Source: Telmatocola sphagniphila
GTDB lineage: Bacteria; Planctomycetota; Planctomycetia; Gemmatales; Gemmataceae
NCBI RefSeq assembly: GCF_018398935.1
Contig: NZ_CP074694.1
Span: 1 to 32,000, forward strand
DNA: 32,000 nt
Direction of reading: 5' to 3'
In this document: positions 1 through 8,286 of the stretch, piece after piece
How positions within the stretch are numbered: the stretch's first letter is position 1
Layout of the letters: each line of letters opens with the position of its first letter
Position numbers and translations under genes: made by a program
Notes under the pieces: model-generated
Databases searched by the model: none
The model's input: the letters and a program-made list of their open reading frames with translations, nothing else
Told to the model about the DNA's origin: nothing

Positions 1-2
1 GC

Positions 3-110
3 TCCGGCTCGGGCCGTCCTCGCAGCCGAGCTCCCGGCGGTCTCTCGCTGAAGGAATCGAAGAAGACACCGAAGCCGGGCGATATCCTCCGCCAGCTTCG
101 CGGCGGCTGA
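3..110 (+). CDS. 3' end of an upstream phage head-module gene (partial, function unknown)
   Basis: Frame open from the window edge to TGA at 108-110 (...LSLKESKKTPKPGDILRQLRGG*), just upstream of the next gene's RBS. No start codon in the window. Confidence 0.3.
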   Translation, partial: SGSGRPRSRAPGGLSLKESKKTPKPGDILRQLRGG

Positions 111-160
111 GATCAACACCATCGCCCATTATCTGAATCTCTTCGAAAGGAAATTTTTTC

Positions 161-628
161 ATGTCTATCAACATCATCCTGCCCAGCTCGCCGTCGCGGG
201 TCGGGCTCGTCCCGGCCTCGACCGCATTCGATGCCGGCGAGCTGCTCTGGCGGGATTCTGCGGACGGCCTGATTAAGCCGGCTTCGCTGTTCACCAATAT
301 GGGCGTGGACGCGACGGCGACCCAGACAAATTTCTCGGCCGTCTTCGCGGGCATCGCTCAGGATCGTCGCCTGGTGGGAGAGAACGCCCAGGCCCTGAAG
401 TCGTTCCTCGACATCGCCATCGCCGATTGCGACTGCCCGGCTCAGACCTTCAAGGTTGGCGATAAGGTGGGCGTCCTCCGGAGCGGTGTCCCCAACGTAA
501 CGAACGGCACCGTCACGGCGGCGGCTTCGCTGACCACGGCGATCGGCGTCGTCGTCGGCACCTATGGCAACAACGCGACGAAGGTCCGCGTGAAGTTCGT
601 CAGCAAGCTTTTCAACCTCATGATCTGA
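161..628 (+). CDS. putative head decoration/cement protein (DUF2190-like), hypothetical
   Basis: 155-aa ORF with RBS-like AAAGGA upstream, sitting directly before the capsid-sized gene. The C-terminal pattern FKVGDKVGV...AIGVVVG...KVRVKF resembles DUF2190-type decoration proteins. Recognised by eye only. Confidence 0.45.
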   Translation: MSINIILPSSPSRVGLVPASTAFDAGELLWRDSADGLIKPASLFTNMGVDATATQTNFSAVFAGIAQDRRLVGENAQALKSFLDIAIADCDCPAQTFKVGDKVGVLRSGVPNVTNGTVTAAASLTTAIGVVVGTYGNNATKVRVKFVSKLFNLMI

Positions 629-679
629 TCGGACTAGGATCGGATTTTTAACTCCCCGGAATCAAGCAAGAGGAAATTT

Positions 680-1984
680 ATGATTCGCAAACCTGGACTA
701 ATCGCTCTGCGGGAGTCCTGCGGCAGCGACGAACGATTCGTCGATCAGATCCACCATCATCTGGGCCTGTGCGACGAGAATGGTCGCCGGCACCTCGACC
801 ATCTCGGCCGGCAGCAGATCCGCTTCCCCGATGGCATTCGCGAAAGCGAGCGGATCCGGCTCGATGAGTTCAATTGGCGGGGTCTCACCGAGGCGATCTT
901 CGGCACCGACGATGCGTCGGCGATTCAGCGTCAGTTCAACGGCCCGAATGTGCAGCTGGCTCTGTTGCTGCAGGAAGCCGGTGAAGGGGCGGTGCTGCCG
1001 TCGCACCTGAGCAACGTCAACACGCTCAACGCGATCTATTCGGGGCTCATCCAGGCCTCCGTGCTGGAAGGCTATACGCTCCCCGAGTTCATCAATTCGC
1101 AGCTGGCGACCGAAGAGACCACCAACATCTTCGAGGGTCGCAAGTCGATCGGCGTGACGCTGCAGAATCCCCGGGCCGAAGGCCGGCAGCCCTCGCAGCC
1201 GACCAAGCGTGCCCAGGTCGGCGAACGCTGGATCACCCAGCCATTGACCGTGGAAAACTCGCTGGCGATCGAGCTCACTTATGAGGCCGTCTTCGCGGAC
1301 AACCTCACCGGTGGCGGTCTGATGACGGCAGCTCGGGACATCGGGCGTTACGTGCAGTTGCAGCGAGAATACGCGATCATCGACGCGTTTATCGGGGTGA
1401 CCAACACCTACAGCTACAAAAACAACGTGTACAACACGTACATGACCGGCGGCTACTATACCAATCGCCTCACGGCGAATCCGCTGATGCACTGGACCAA
1501 CATCCAGCGGGCACGCGTGGCCTTCCGCAACATGCGGGCGGTCGAAGTCAATCAGCCGCTGACCGTGCGTCCCTCCCGGGTGCTCTGCAACGAGGAGCTG
1601 GTCGCCCAGGCGGGCCAGGTCAAGAGTCCCACCACGGCGGTGCAGTACCGCGATCCCGCTTCCACCACTCAACCGATGAATATCCGCATCGCCGACAATC
1701 CCTACCCGGGTGCGTACGACGTGCTGACCACGCCCTATCTGTACGAGCGGCAGACAGCGGCCGATGGCCTGGGCATGGATGCCACCACGGCGGGCTCGAC
1801 CTGGTACTACTACGAGCCCGGCTGGCTGAAATGGGTGGTGAACTGGCCGTTCCGCGTGCAGGAGGCGATCGCCACCAGCATGGACATGATCGATCGCGGC
1901 CTGGTCGCGTTCTTCAAGGCCGACGAGCGCGGTATCCCGATGGTGGAAGAGCCTCGCCGGGTACTCGACAATCGAGCGGCCTAA
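680..1984 (+). CDS. putative major capsid protein
   Basis: 434-aa ORF with AGAGGA RBS. Size and position (after the decoration-like gene, before the neck genes) fit a major capsid protein. I recognise no specific motif. Confidence 0.5.
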   Translation: MIRKPGLIALRESCGSDERFVDQIHHHLGLCDENGRRHLDHLGRQQIRFPDGIRESERIRLDEFNWRGLTEAIFGTDDASAIQRQFNGPNVQLALLLQEAGEGAVLPSHLSNVNTLNAIYSGLIQASVLEGYTLPEFINSQLATEETTNIFEGRKSIGVTLQNPRAEGRQPSQPTKRAQVGERWITQPLTVENSLAIELTYEAVFADNLTGGGLMTAARDIGRYVQLQREYAIIDAFIGVTNTYSYKNNVYNTYMTGGYYTNRLTANPLMHWTNIQRARVAFRNMRAVEVNQPLTVRPSRVLCNEELVAQAGQVKSPTTAVQYRDPASTTQPMNIRIADNPYPGAYDVLTTPYLYERQTAADGLGMDATTAGSTWYYYEPGWLKWVVNWPFRVQEAIATSMDMIDRGLVAFFKADERGIPMVEEPRRVLDNRAA

Positions 1985-2039
1985 CCCGTCAAAATCATCG
2001 CCCGTATTTCCCTCATTCGTTTTTTGAGAGTCTCAACAG

Positions 2040-2441
2040 ATGTCCGAATCAGTGATCAAAATCGGCAGCGAGCCGGCCGAGGCCCGGGAGCAGGGCCATC
2101 TCGACCTGGCCAAGATGACCAAGGCGGAGCTCACCGAGTATATCTCGAAGCTGCAGGCGGAGAATAAGCAGCTCGCCACCAAGGCCTCGCAAGCCGAGGC
2201 GGCGGCCGAGTCGGCCCCGCGGGTCGCCGGCGATGGGATCCTGCGTCTGTGGCGGGTCGCGGTCGAGCACGCTCCGGAGCTGCAGGTGGAAGCAGTCGAC
2301 GAGGCCAACGCCAAGGAGGCCTACATGACCGAGCTCGGCATGATCTCGACTGCCAACAAGTTCACCGTGAAGCTGGTGGGGATCGCTCCGCCCGAGCCGG
2401 TGAAACCGAAAGTGCCCGAAACGCCCACCTCGGAGAGTTAA
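2040..2441 (+). CDS. hypothetical phage protein, coiled-coil-rich N-terminus
   Basis: 133-aa ORF in the late operon, with a charged heptad-like stretch (KAELTEYISKLQAENKQLATKASQAEAAAE). Confidence 0.6.
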   Translation: MSESVIKIGSEPAEAREQGHLDLAKMTKAELTEYISKLQAENKQLATKASQAEAAAESAPRVAGDGILRLWRVAVEHAPELQVEAVDEANAKEAYMTELGMISTANKFTVKLVGIAPPEPVKPKVPETPTSES

Positions 2442-2444
2442 GCG

Positions 2445-2663
2445 ATGGGAACCCTGGAGCTTCTAAAGCAGCGTAAAGCGGACATCCTAGCGGCCTTGCA
2501 GTCCATCGGAGTGAAGCCCGATTACTCGGTCGATGGGGAGTCCTTCTCGCACGCCTCCAACCGGGCGGCGTTGTTGCAGGAGCTGAAGACCATCAACGAA
2601 TTGATCATCGCCGAAGAGAACCTCACCGATCCCGACATCGGGGTCTTTTACACGAGAAACTAA
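2445..2663 (+). CDS. hypothetical small phage protein (head-tail connector region)
   Basis: 72-aa ORF starting 4 nt after the previous stop. Its stop overlaps the next start (TAATG). Confidence 0.55.
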   Translation: MGTLELLKQRKADILAALQSIGVKPDYSVDGESFSHASNRAALLQELKTINELIIAEENLTDPDIGVFYTRN

Positions 2664-2983
2664 TGAACCCGAAAACACTTGAATTCAACGGGCTAACCCC
2701 GGTCGATGTGGCTTCCTCCGTCTCCGGCAAATCGGTCGTGACCCTGGCGGTCTGGGTGATGGCCGATGCCGCCACCACGGTCATAATCCGCGAGAAAGGC
2801 ACCGGTCGGACTTTGCACAAGTTCTTCTGCTCGGCTCAAGGGGGTGGCGTGCTCCCCTGGGTTCCCGTCGGCAGTAGTTGTGATCCGGTCTGGGAGAAGA
2901 CAACCGCCGGCAACGGAGTGGAAGTCGTTCAGACCAACGCAGCGGCCAACGTGATTGCCAATATCATCTGGGGCTATCGATGA
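2663..2983 (+). CDS. hypothetical phage neck/adaptor-region protein
   Basis: 106-aa ORF, translationally coupled on both sides (TAATG upstream, ATGA overlap downstream). Confidence 0.55.
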   Translation: MNPKTLEFNGLTPVDVASSVSGKSVVTLAVWVMADAATTVIIREKGTGRTLHKFFCSAQGGGVLPWVPVGSSCDPVWEKTTAGNGVEVVQTNAAANVIANIIWGYR

Positions 2984-3642
2984 CTCGGGATGAGATGCTC
3001 GGCGATTACAAGATCTGGGACAATCCCCAGGCGGTCGTCTGGCGGGAAGCGACTAAGACCGGCTATGTGGATCGACCGGTCAACTGGACCAAGCCCAGGC
3101 CACCGAGTTACAAGGAGATGGCGGGAAGCGCGGGCGTTGTCCTAGGCAATGATCGCGTCTTCCTGCTTCCCGTTCCCGAGCTGCCGCTGGGCAGTCCCAA
3201 GCCCAAGCCCCGCGATGTGATCCAGCTCGACGGTGAGGACTGGGTCGTCCTGTTCGCGGATCTCAATCGCTGGAAGACCACCTGGCGAGTGACGACCCGG
3301 AATTTCGTCATTCAGTCGAACCTCTGCGACCAGGTGCGGATCGTTTCTCAGCAGATGGGCCAGGACGCCGCCGGCGGGCTGGTGGTCACCGGTCGCACGA
3401 TTCTCTTCGACAATCTCCCGGCTCGTATCCAGGCCGAGAATTCCCAGATCGATGGCACCGTCCTGGGCAAACGTCTGGGGGCCAGCAATTACACGGTCTA
3501 TACCAGCGTGCAGATCGAGCCCGGTCCCTACTGGCGGATCGAGGAGATCGGCGGCAAGTCGAGAGTCCTCCAAATCGTCAGCACGATCAACCCGGATCGC
3601 ATCACCGACCTGATGAGCATGAGCTGCGAGCAGATTCCTTAG
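2980..3642 (+). CDS. hypothetical phage structural protein
   Basis: 220-aa ORF with an ATGA overlap with the upstream gene. Its position lies between the capsid and tail modules. Confidence 0.6.
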   Translation: MTRDEMLGDYKIWDNPQAVVWREATKTGYVDRPVNWTKPRPPSYKEMAGSAGVVLGNDRVFLLPVPELPLGSPKPKPRDVIQLDGEDWVVLFADLNRWKTTWRVTTRNFVIQSNLCDQVRIVSQQMGQDAAGGLVVTGRTILFDNLPARIQAENSQIDGTVLGKRLGASNYTVYTSVQIEPGPYWRIEEIGGKSRVLQIVSTINPDRITDLMSMSCEQIP

Positions 3643-3650
3643 GGGCCAAA

Positions 3651-4016
3651 ATGGACGACGATTTCGCAACCGCCTGGTTCGAACTCGAATCGGAGGTGGC
3701 TGTCCGATTGCTGAGGACGGTAGTGGATTTCATTGGAGAGCATCAGAAGAAGGTTGGGATCTCGAATCCAAACCCCTATCTGACACCGAGCGAAGAGGGG
3801 GAATTCCCCCGAAAGCGGACAGGGTTCGGCCAGGCCAGCCTCACTTACGAGCCCGCATCATTGGACGTGATTCGGCAAACCTGGGAGATTCGCGTCGGCT
3901 ACATCGAGAATGCTTTTTACATGGAATTGTTGGTAACGCACTTTAACCGTTTGGGGTTGGAGGAGTCGATGCGGCAGCAACGCGACCGGATTGCACAGAA
4001 TCTGAAAGGCGAATGA
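3651..4016 (+). CDS. putative head-tail joining protein (HK97 gp10-like), tentative
   Basis: 121-aa ORF. The segment FPRKRTGFGQASL resembles the P-x-x-TG-x-L-x-x-S pattern of gp10-like neck proteins. The position fits. Confidence 0.4.
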   Translation: MDDDFATAWFELESEVAVRLLRTVVDFIGEHQKKVGISNPNPYLTPSEEGEFPRKRTGFGQASLTYEPASLDVIRQTWEIRVGYIENAFYMELLVTHFNRLGLEESMRQQRDRIAQNLKGE

Positions 4017-4432
4017 TGAACGTTTTCCCTCACCAGGTGGCCCAGGCCTGTCGTTCGGCCTTTGTGCCGATCACCACCAAAATTCCGGGTCAGCTCTGGT
4101 ACGGGAAAGTCGATCCAGACGCCGCATCGCCGTATGCCACCCTCAGCGTGACCCAAGAATCACGGATGCTCGATAGCCTGGGTGTGATCCAGACCTTTCG
4201 AGTTCAAATCTCGATCTGCAGCGACAGCGGCGTCTTCGAGTCTGGGGAGCTGATAAAGGCCATCGCGGATTGCTGGGACGAGCAACCGGAACGCTTCGTG
4301 ATCCTTGGGAGTGGCATCATCCGGATACGTTTAACCGAACCGGACGAGGAGATCGAGGATCAACGCCGCAACGCTTCGGATGTGGTTTCGGGCCGAGTGG
4401 CATTCCGGTTGACAACGGATACTAGGGAGTAA
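4013..4432 (+). CDS. putative tail-completion/terminator-like protein (DUF3168-like), tentative
   Basis: 139-aa ORF with an ATGA overlap upstream. The stretch LWYGKVDPDAASPYATLSV resembles the DUF3168 N-terminal pattern. It lies upstream of the tail tube gene. Confidence 0.4.
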   Translation: MMNVFPHQVAQACRSAFVPITTKIPGQLWYGKVDPDAASPYATLSVTQESRMLDSLGVIQTFRVQISICSDSGVFESGELIKAIADCWDEQPERFVILGSGIIRIRLTEPDEEIEDQRRNASDVVSGRVAFRLTTDTRE

Positions 4433-4436
4433 TCGG

Positions 4437-4955
4437 ATGGCAAGCATCAAGACTAATATCAGCCTGACGGGGACCATACAGGTGGCGGATAATACCGCTG
4501 GTCCGTTCACTCGGCAAGCGAATGGCACGCTGGGCGAGACGGGCGGCGTCCCTCGACCAATTTGGGCCTTTCAGAATCCCGCGGCGACGGGGGCGTTTAT
4601 GACCACCAAGACCGTGCTGGCGGGTGCCAGCCTGGATCTGGATTTTTTCTCCGGAACTCTGATGGAGATGGCCGCTATTCCCCTGGTCTGGTCCCGATTG
4701 CTCTTCCTTTTGTGCCAGGTCGTTAAACCTGACGGGATCAAGCTTATCCAAGTCGGCCCCCAGGGTGTTGCCAACTCGGTCGATTTAAGGATGGGCGGTG
4801 TCGCCGCCGCCAACTCGCAGGCCTCCGCCGACACAGTCTTGTGCACGAATGGCCTGGTCGGTTACGCAGTTGCGGCAGGAAGCAAAATCGTACGCATCAA
4901 GAATATCTCGGCCGTTGACCTCGATGTGAGTGTCCTGGCGATTGGGAAGGTCTAA
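4437..4955 (+). CDS. hypothetical phage structural protein
   Basis: 172-aa ORF with a GGGAG RBS, between the neck genes and the tail-tube-like gene. Confidence 0.55.
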   Translation: MASIKTNISLTGTIQVADNTAGPFTRQANGTLGETGGVPRPIWAFQNPAATGAFMTTKTVLAGASLDLDFFSGTLMEMAAIPLVWSRLLFLLCQVVKPDGIKLIQVGPQGVANSVDLRMGGVAAANSQASADTVLCTNGLVGYAVAAGSKIVRIKNISAVDLDVSVLAIGKV

Positions 4956-4977
4956 TTTTTTTTAAAGGAGAGCGATT

Positions 4978-5454
4978 ATGCCAACACCCCCGGCATCTTC
5001 ATTGACGACAGTGCATCAGGGCCATGGCGGTAAGGTGAGGCTTTACACCTTGGTCGATGGCCAGGTGAACGCAGTGATCATCGAGCTGCGGAATATGGCC
5101 TGGACCCTCAACAAAGCCGTTGGGGAAGCCAAGGCTACCAGTGCCCTATCGGGTGGGATTGAGCAAACCAAAGGCACCATCAAGAAGCACTCGGGCTCCA
5201 TCGAGTTCCTCTGGGAGGACGACCGCGATCCAGAATCCCTCGGATTCGCGGAGGGTGCAACGGTCGGCATGTGGCTGAAGATTGGGGATACCAACAAGTG
5301 CTACCACTCGCAGGAAGTGCTTATTACCGTGATGGATTTCAAGAACGACCAGGATGAGGACTGCGTTAAATACACGCTGAATTTCAAAGCCAATCAGGCC
5401 TTCATCAAAAAGGCTTACGACGTCACGCCCCTGACTGTATTCCCAATCGGATAA
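4978..5454 (+). CDS. putative major tail tube protein
   Basis: 158-aa ORF with a strong AAAGGAG RBS, immediately upstream of the G/GT chaperone pair and the tape measure. That is the canonical tail-tube slot. Confidence 0.5.
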   Translation: MPTPPASSLTTVHQGHGGKVRLYTLVDGQVNAVIIELRNMAWTLNKAVGEAKATSALSGGIEQTKGTIKKHSGSIEFLWEDDRDPESLGFAEGATVGMWLKIGDTNKCYHSQEVLITVMDFKNDQDEDCVKYTLNFKANQAFIKKAYDVTPLTVFPIG

Positions 5455-5461
5455 GGAAACC

Positions 5462-5980
5462 ATGTCGACCAACAAAAAGAAAATGCGAAACGCAGCCATC
5501 ATCTCGGCTCCCAAGCCGCTCGACCTGGGTGGCAATACCATCCTGGTCGGGCATCCCGGCGTGGATGATCAGGCGACGATGTATAGCTGGGCTCGGGTGC
5601 AGGCGATCGCCGCCAAAGCCAAGCTGAGGGGCCTTCTCACCGACGAGGATCTCGATGGCTTATCGCCGGCCAGGCAGGCCGTTTTGATAGATCGGTTCGC
5701 CAAAGCCAAAGCTTCCGGAGCGGTGGCGACCGTGAATGACGACGACCTCCAGGGAGTTTTGATGTCGGCTCCAGGGGTCCGGATGATGGTTTATCTGGCC
5801 TCGCGACGATACTCCCCGGAGATCACGCAGAAGGATCTCGAATCGTTGATCACGGAAGAAAATGCCATGGCGGTGTTCATTGCGTTTTGGCAAGCGACTA
5901 CCGATCCCATCGAGCCAGATACCGATCCGGAGTTGGCCGAGCGTCTCAGTCAGGATCCGGCGACCGGCCTCCCAAACTGA
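5462..5980 (+). CDS. tail assembly chaperone (gpG-like, zero-frame product)
   Basis: 172-aa acidic ORF directly upstream of the tape measure. It ends with the slippery heptamer C_CCA_AAC followed by TGA. Confidence 0.7.
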   Translation: MSTNKKKMRNAAIISAPKPLDLGGNTILVGHPGVDDQATMYSWARVQAIAAKAKLRGLLTDEDLDGLSPARQAVLIDRFAKAKASGAVATVNDDDLQGVLMSAPGVRMMVYLASRRYSPEITQKDLESLITEENAMAVFIAFWQATTDPIEPDTDPELAERLSQDPATGLPN

Positions 5981-6192
5981 GTTGGGTTCAGTGGATCCTG
6001 CAAAAGCATCTCGAATGCACTGAACCCGATAAGGATCACAAACACATCGCCTGGGCCAAAGTCATCGGTAACCTGATGAACGCTTATGGCATGTCACTGC
6101 GGGAGATTACCAAAGAGCTGACACTCCCGCAGCTTCTGATATTACAGTTCCCCTCCGTCTCACCAGTTGGTAATTCCAAAGGAGTAATGTGA
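5462..6192 (+). CDS. tail assembly chaperone GT-like fusion, produced by a -1 programmed frameshift at 5971-5977
   Basis: The -1 frame is open from before the slip site to TGA at 6190-6192 (...PPKLSWVQWILQKHLE...NSKGVM*). That stop overlaps the tape measure start region. Confidence 0.6.
5971..6037 (+). promoter_or_regulatory. -1 ribosomal frameshift signal: slippery heptamer, 6-nt spacer, 10-bp stem-loop and a possible pseudoknot
   Basis: C_CCA_AAC (5971-5977) is in the correct zero-frame phase. GGGTTCAGTG (5984-5993) pairs perfectly with CACTGAACCC (6018-6027). Loop GATCCT (5994-5999) is complementary to AGGATC (6032-6037). Confidence 0.6.
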
Positions 6193-7379
6193 TGGCCGCT
6201 GATCAGAAAATTGCCGGTTATTACGTCGCATTCGCCATCAAAGGGATGAGGGCTGCCTACGAACAGGTCAAGGCGGGTGTGGGCGAAATGCTGAAGGCAT
6301 TCAAGTCCGTTCAGGAAAGCGTTGACAAGATGATGAGCGGCATGAAAAAGCTCGGAACCGTCGCGGCGGGCTTATCGGCTTCTTTCCTCGGGTTGTTCGG
6401 TCGCGGGGCCATGCAGGGGACGGTCGAGGCGGATAAGCTTGCGGCCGCGTGGGAGTATCTGTCGAGAGTCATCGGTGATAGTCTGGCTCCTTACGTTCGC
6501 GTCCTCACTGATCAGCTCATCGGCGTGGCCGAAGCGTATCGCTCACTTTCCCCGCAGACCAAAGATTTCGCCGTGAAGATCGCACTCGTCGGAACGGCGG
6601 TAGGCTCGGTTCTTGCGGTCGGTGCTCTGATCGGGCCGGTCATCGCGGGTGGCTTCAGCCTGGCCGCCGGAGCGATTGGGCTCCTCTTCACGCCGATGGT
6701 CGGGCTGATCGCTCTCTTCGGAGCCGCAGGGTATGCGGTGTACGAGACGTTCCAGCTGTTCAGCTCATCGAGCTCCCAAGCGTCCCAGGATATTCAAGAA
6801 TCCAATCGCAGCTGGATTCTAAAGCTCGCTTCCGGCGTTGCGGACGTCGTGGTTTTCGTCGCCGAGAAATTCAACTGGGTGGCTCGCCAGATCGTCGGCG
6901 TCTACGACTGGCTGACGAAGAAGACGACCTGGCTACTTGAGAAGCTGCGGATCGTCGAAAAGGGAACTTATGACTTGGTGAAAAATGATCCCTTCAAGCC
7001 CTGGCAGATCAATGTCGACAAGGTCCGCGAGGGCATCGAGGGTATCGGGAAAGCGGTCGACGAAAACATCCCAGACTGGTCGGACGTCAAGAACAAGATG
7101 AGCAACTTCTGGGAAGGCTTGAAGGCGAACTTGGAAAAAGCCAAAAACAAGGGGCCAGGGGGTGGCCCGGGCTTCAACATTAAGTACACCGTGGCGTTCG
7201 AATCCTCCCAGGGCACCTACGATCGACTGGCCCAGGCCTTCACCGGAAACGCTTTCAAAACCGAAGATATCATGAAAGCCCAGCTGGGCGTCCAGTCCGA
7301 TTCACAGAAGATTCTCCAGGACATTGCTCGCGGGATTGACCGGCTCGCCAAGAGGAGTAATTCGGCGGTGGTAGAATAG
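6192..7379 (+). CDS. tail tape measure protein (short)
   Basis: The ORF follows the G/GT pair. GGAG lies 7 nt before the ATG at 6192 (GTG at 6189 is also possible). It has Ala/Gly-rich hydrophobic segments (IALVGTAVGSVLAVGALIGPVIAGGFSLAAGAIGLLF) and helical charged flanks typical of tape measure proteins. Confidence 0.75.
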   Translation: MAADQKIAGYYVAFAIKGMRAAYEQVKAGVGEMLKAFKSVQESVDKMMSGMKKLGTVAAGLSASFLGLFGRGAMQGTVEADKLAAAWEYLSRVIGDSLAPYVRVLTDQLIGVAEAYRSLSPQTKDFAVKIALVGTAVGSVLAVGALIGPVIAGGFSLAAGAIGLLFTPMVGLIALFGAAGYAVYETFQLFSSSSSQASQDIQESNRSWILKLASGVADVVVFVAEKFNWVARQIVGVYDWLTKKTTWLLEKLRIVEKGTYDLVKNDPFKPWQINVDKVREGIEGIGKAVDENIPDWSDVKNKMSNFWEGLKANLEKAKNKGPGGGPGFNIKYTVAFESSQGTYDRLAQAFTGNAFKTEDIMKAQLGVQSDSQKILQDIARGIDRLAKRSNSAVVE

Positions 7380-7437
7380 CCTCAGGGAGCATTGAACGCA
7401 AATTGGATATCATCGCCCTTCAGCCCTAGCACACCGA

Positions 7438-7470
7438 CCGGGAGCGAAAGGATCAGCTTTTCGCTCCCGG
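7438..7470. terminator. perfect 12-bp stem hairpin between convergent genes (no clear U-tract)
   Basis: CCGGGAGCGAAA (7438-7449) and TTTCGCTCCCGG (7459-7470) flank a 9-nt loop. The hairpin overlaps the stop codon of the minus-strand gene and sits 59 nt after the tape measure stop. Confidence 0.45.
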
Positions 7471-8184
7471 GACAGGCTTCTCGAATACAAGAACCTCAGT
7501 GAGAGGCTTGTCGGAATAGATGGGCTCGGATCCACTCGTCTGCCCTTCGACTTCGAGACCAAAGGAAAATCGAACCTGCTGGTATCTGTTGCCTTTGTCA
7601 TCCTCCAGCTTGGGGGCATTGAAGATCGAGCCCGGCCACTGCTCATAGGTACGCTTCTTATTCGGATCGCTGTTGGTAATCTCCAGCCGCACCTCCAGCA
7701 GATCATCTTTCGAGGGGACCTGGGACCTTCCGAACTCAAGCAAATTGATTTTCCCAGCTCGGTACTTGGTGAGCTTCACGCTTATACCCTCTTTGGAAAA
7801 AACCTCCCAGGCTTCTGCGTTGAGCGGCAGCGGCTTCTTGGGTTTGACTTCCGGTTGCTGAACGGCTTGAGGCTCTGGACGAGCGGCGACCTGCGGAACC
7901 GGCTGGCTCTTAGCTCCTTCCGTGTGTTTCTCTTTTCCCTCCCCGACAACAGCACTGGTGATCAATCCGGCAAAGCCAAACACAAACGCGGCGACAAAGC
8001 CCTCCCGACCGACACCGCCCCTGAAAAAGGATCCGAGCCATGCAATGAGTGCGACCAGGATGACCGATAGGGCCACCCATAGGCCTGTGATCGGTGCATT
8101 GAGAATTGGGAGAATGATGGCGGAAAGTCCCAGAAGGACAAGTATTCCAGCGATTGGTGTGCGGGGCGTTGTTTCGGCAGACAT
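7453..8184 (-). CDS. membrane protein with a C-terminal DUF4352-like beta-sandwich domain (reverse-oriented moron)
   Basis: 243-aa ORF on the opposite strand inside the tail module. It has about three N-terminal hydrophobic helices and a Pro/Gln-rich linker. The C-terminal pattern LEVRLEITNSDPNKKRTY...APKLEDDKGNRY...LVFEKP resembles DUF4352. Confidence 0.7.
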   Translation of the reverse strand: MSAETTPRTPIAGILVLLGLSAIILPILNAPITGLWVALSVILVALIAWLGSFFRGGVGREGFVAAFVFGFAGLITSAVVGEGKEKHTEGAKSQPVPQVAARPEPQAVQQPEVKPKKPLPLNAEAWEVFSKEGISVKLTKYRAGKINLLEFGRSQVPSKDDLLEVRLEITNSDPNKKRTYEQWPGSIFNAPKLEDDKGNRYQQVRFSFGLEVEGQTSGSEPIYSDKPLTEVLVFEKPVPGAKS

Positions 8185-8286
8185 GGGGGCTCCTGATGTT
8201 AAGATTTTCCTTATTTTCCAAACTCTCCGTCTGGTGGCAATCCAGGATTCGCATCACACATCCGGACGTCTTGTTAGAGTGGGGGG

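Noticed and set aside
698-1672. 324-aa minus-strand ORF antisense to the capsid-like gene
   Set aside because: It lies entirely inside a better-supported + strand gene. Its Arg/Gly/His-rich, low-complexity composition is typical of shadow ORFs in GC-rich DNA, and it has no RBS or operon context.
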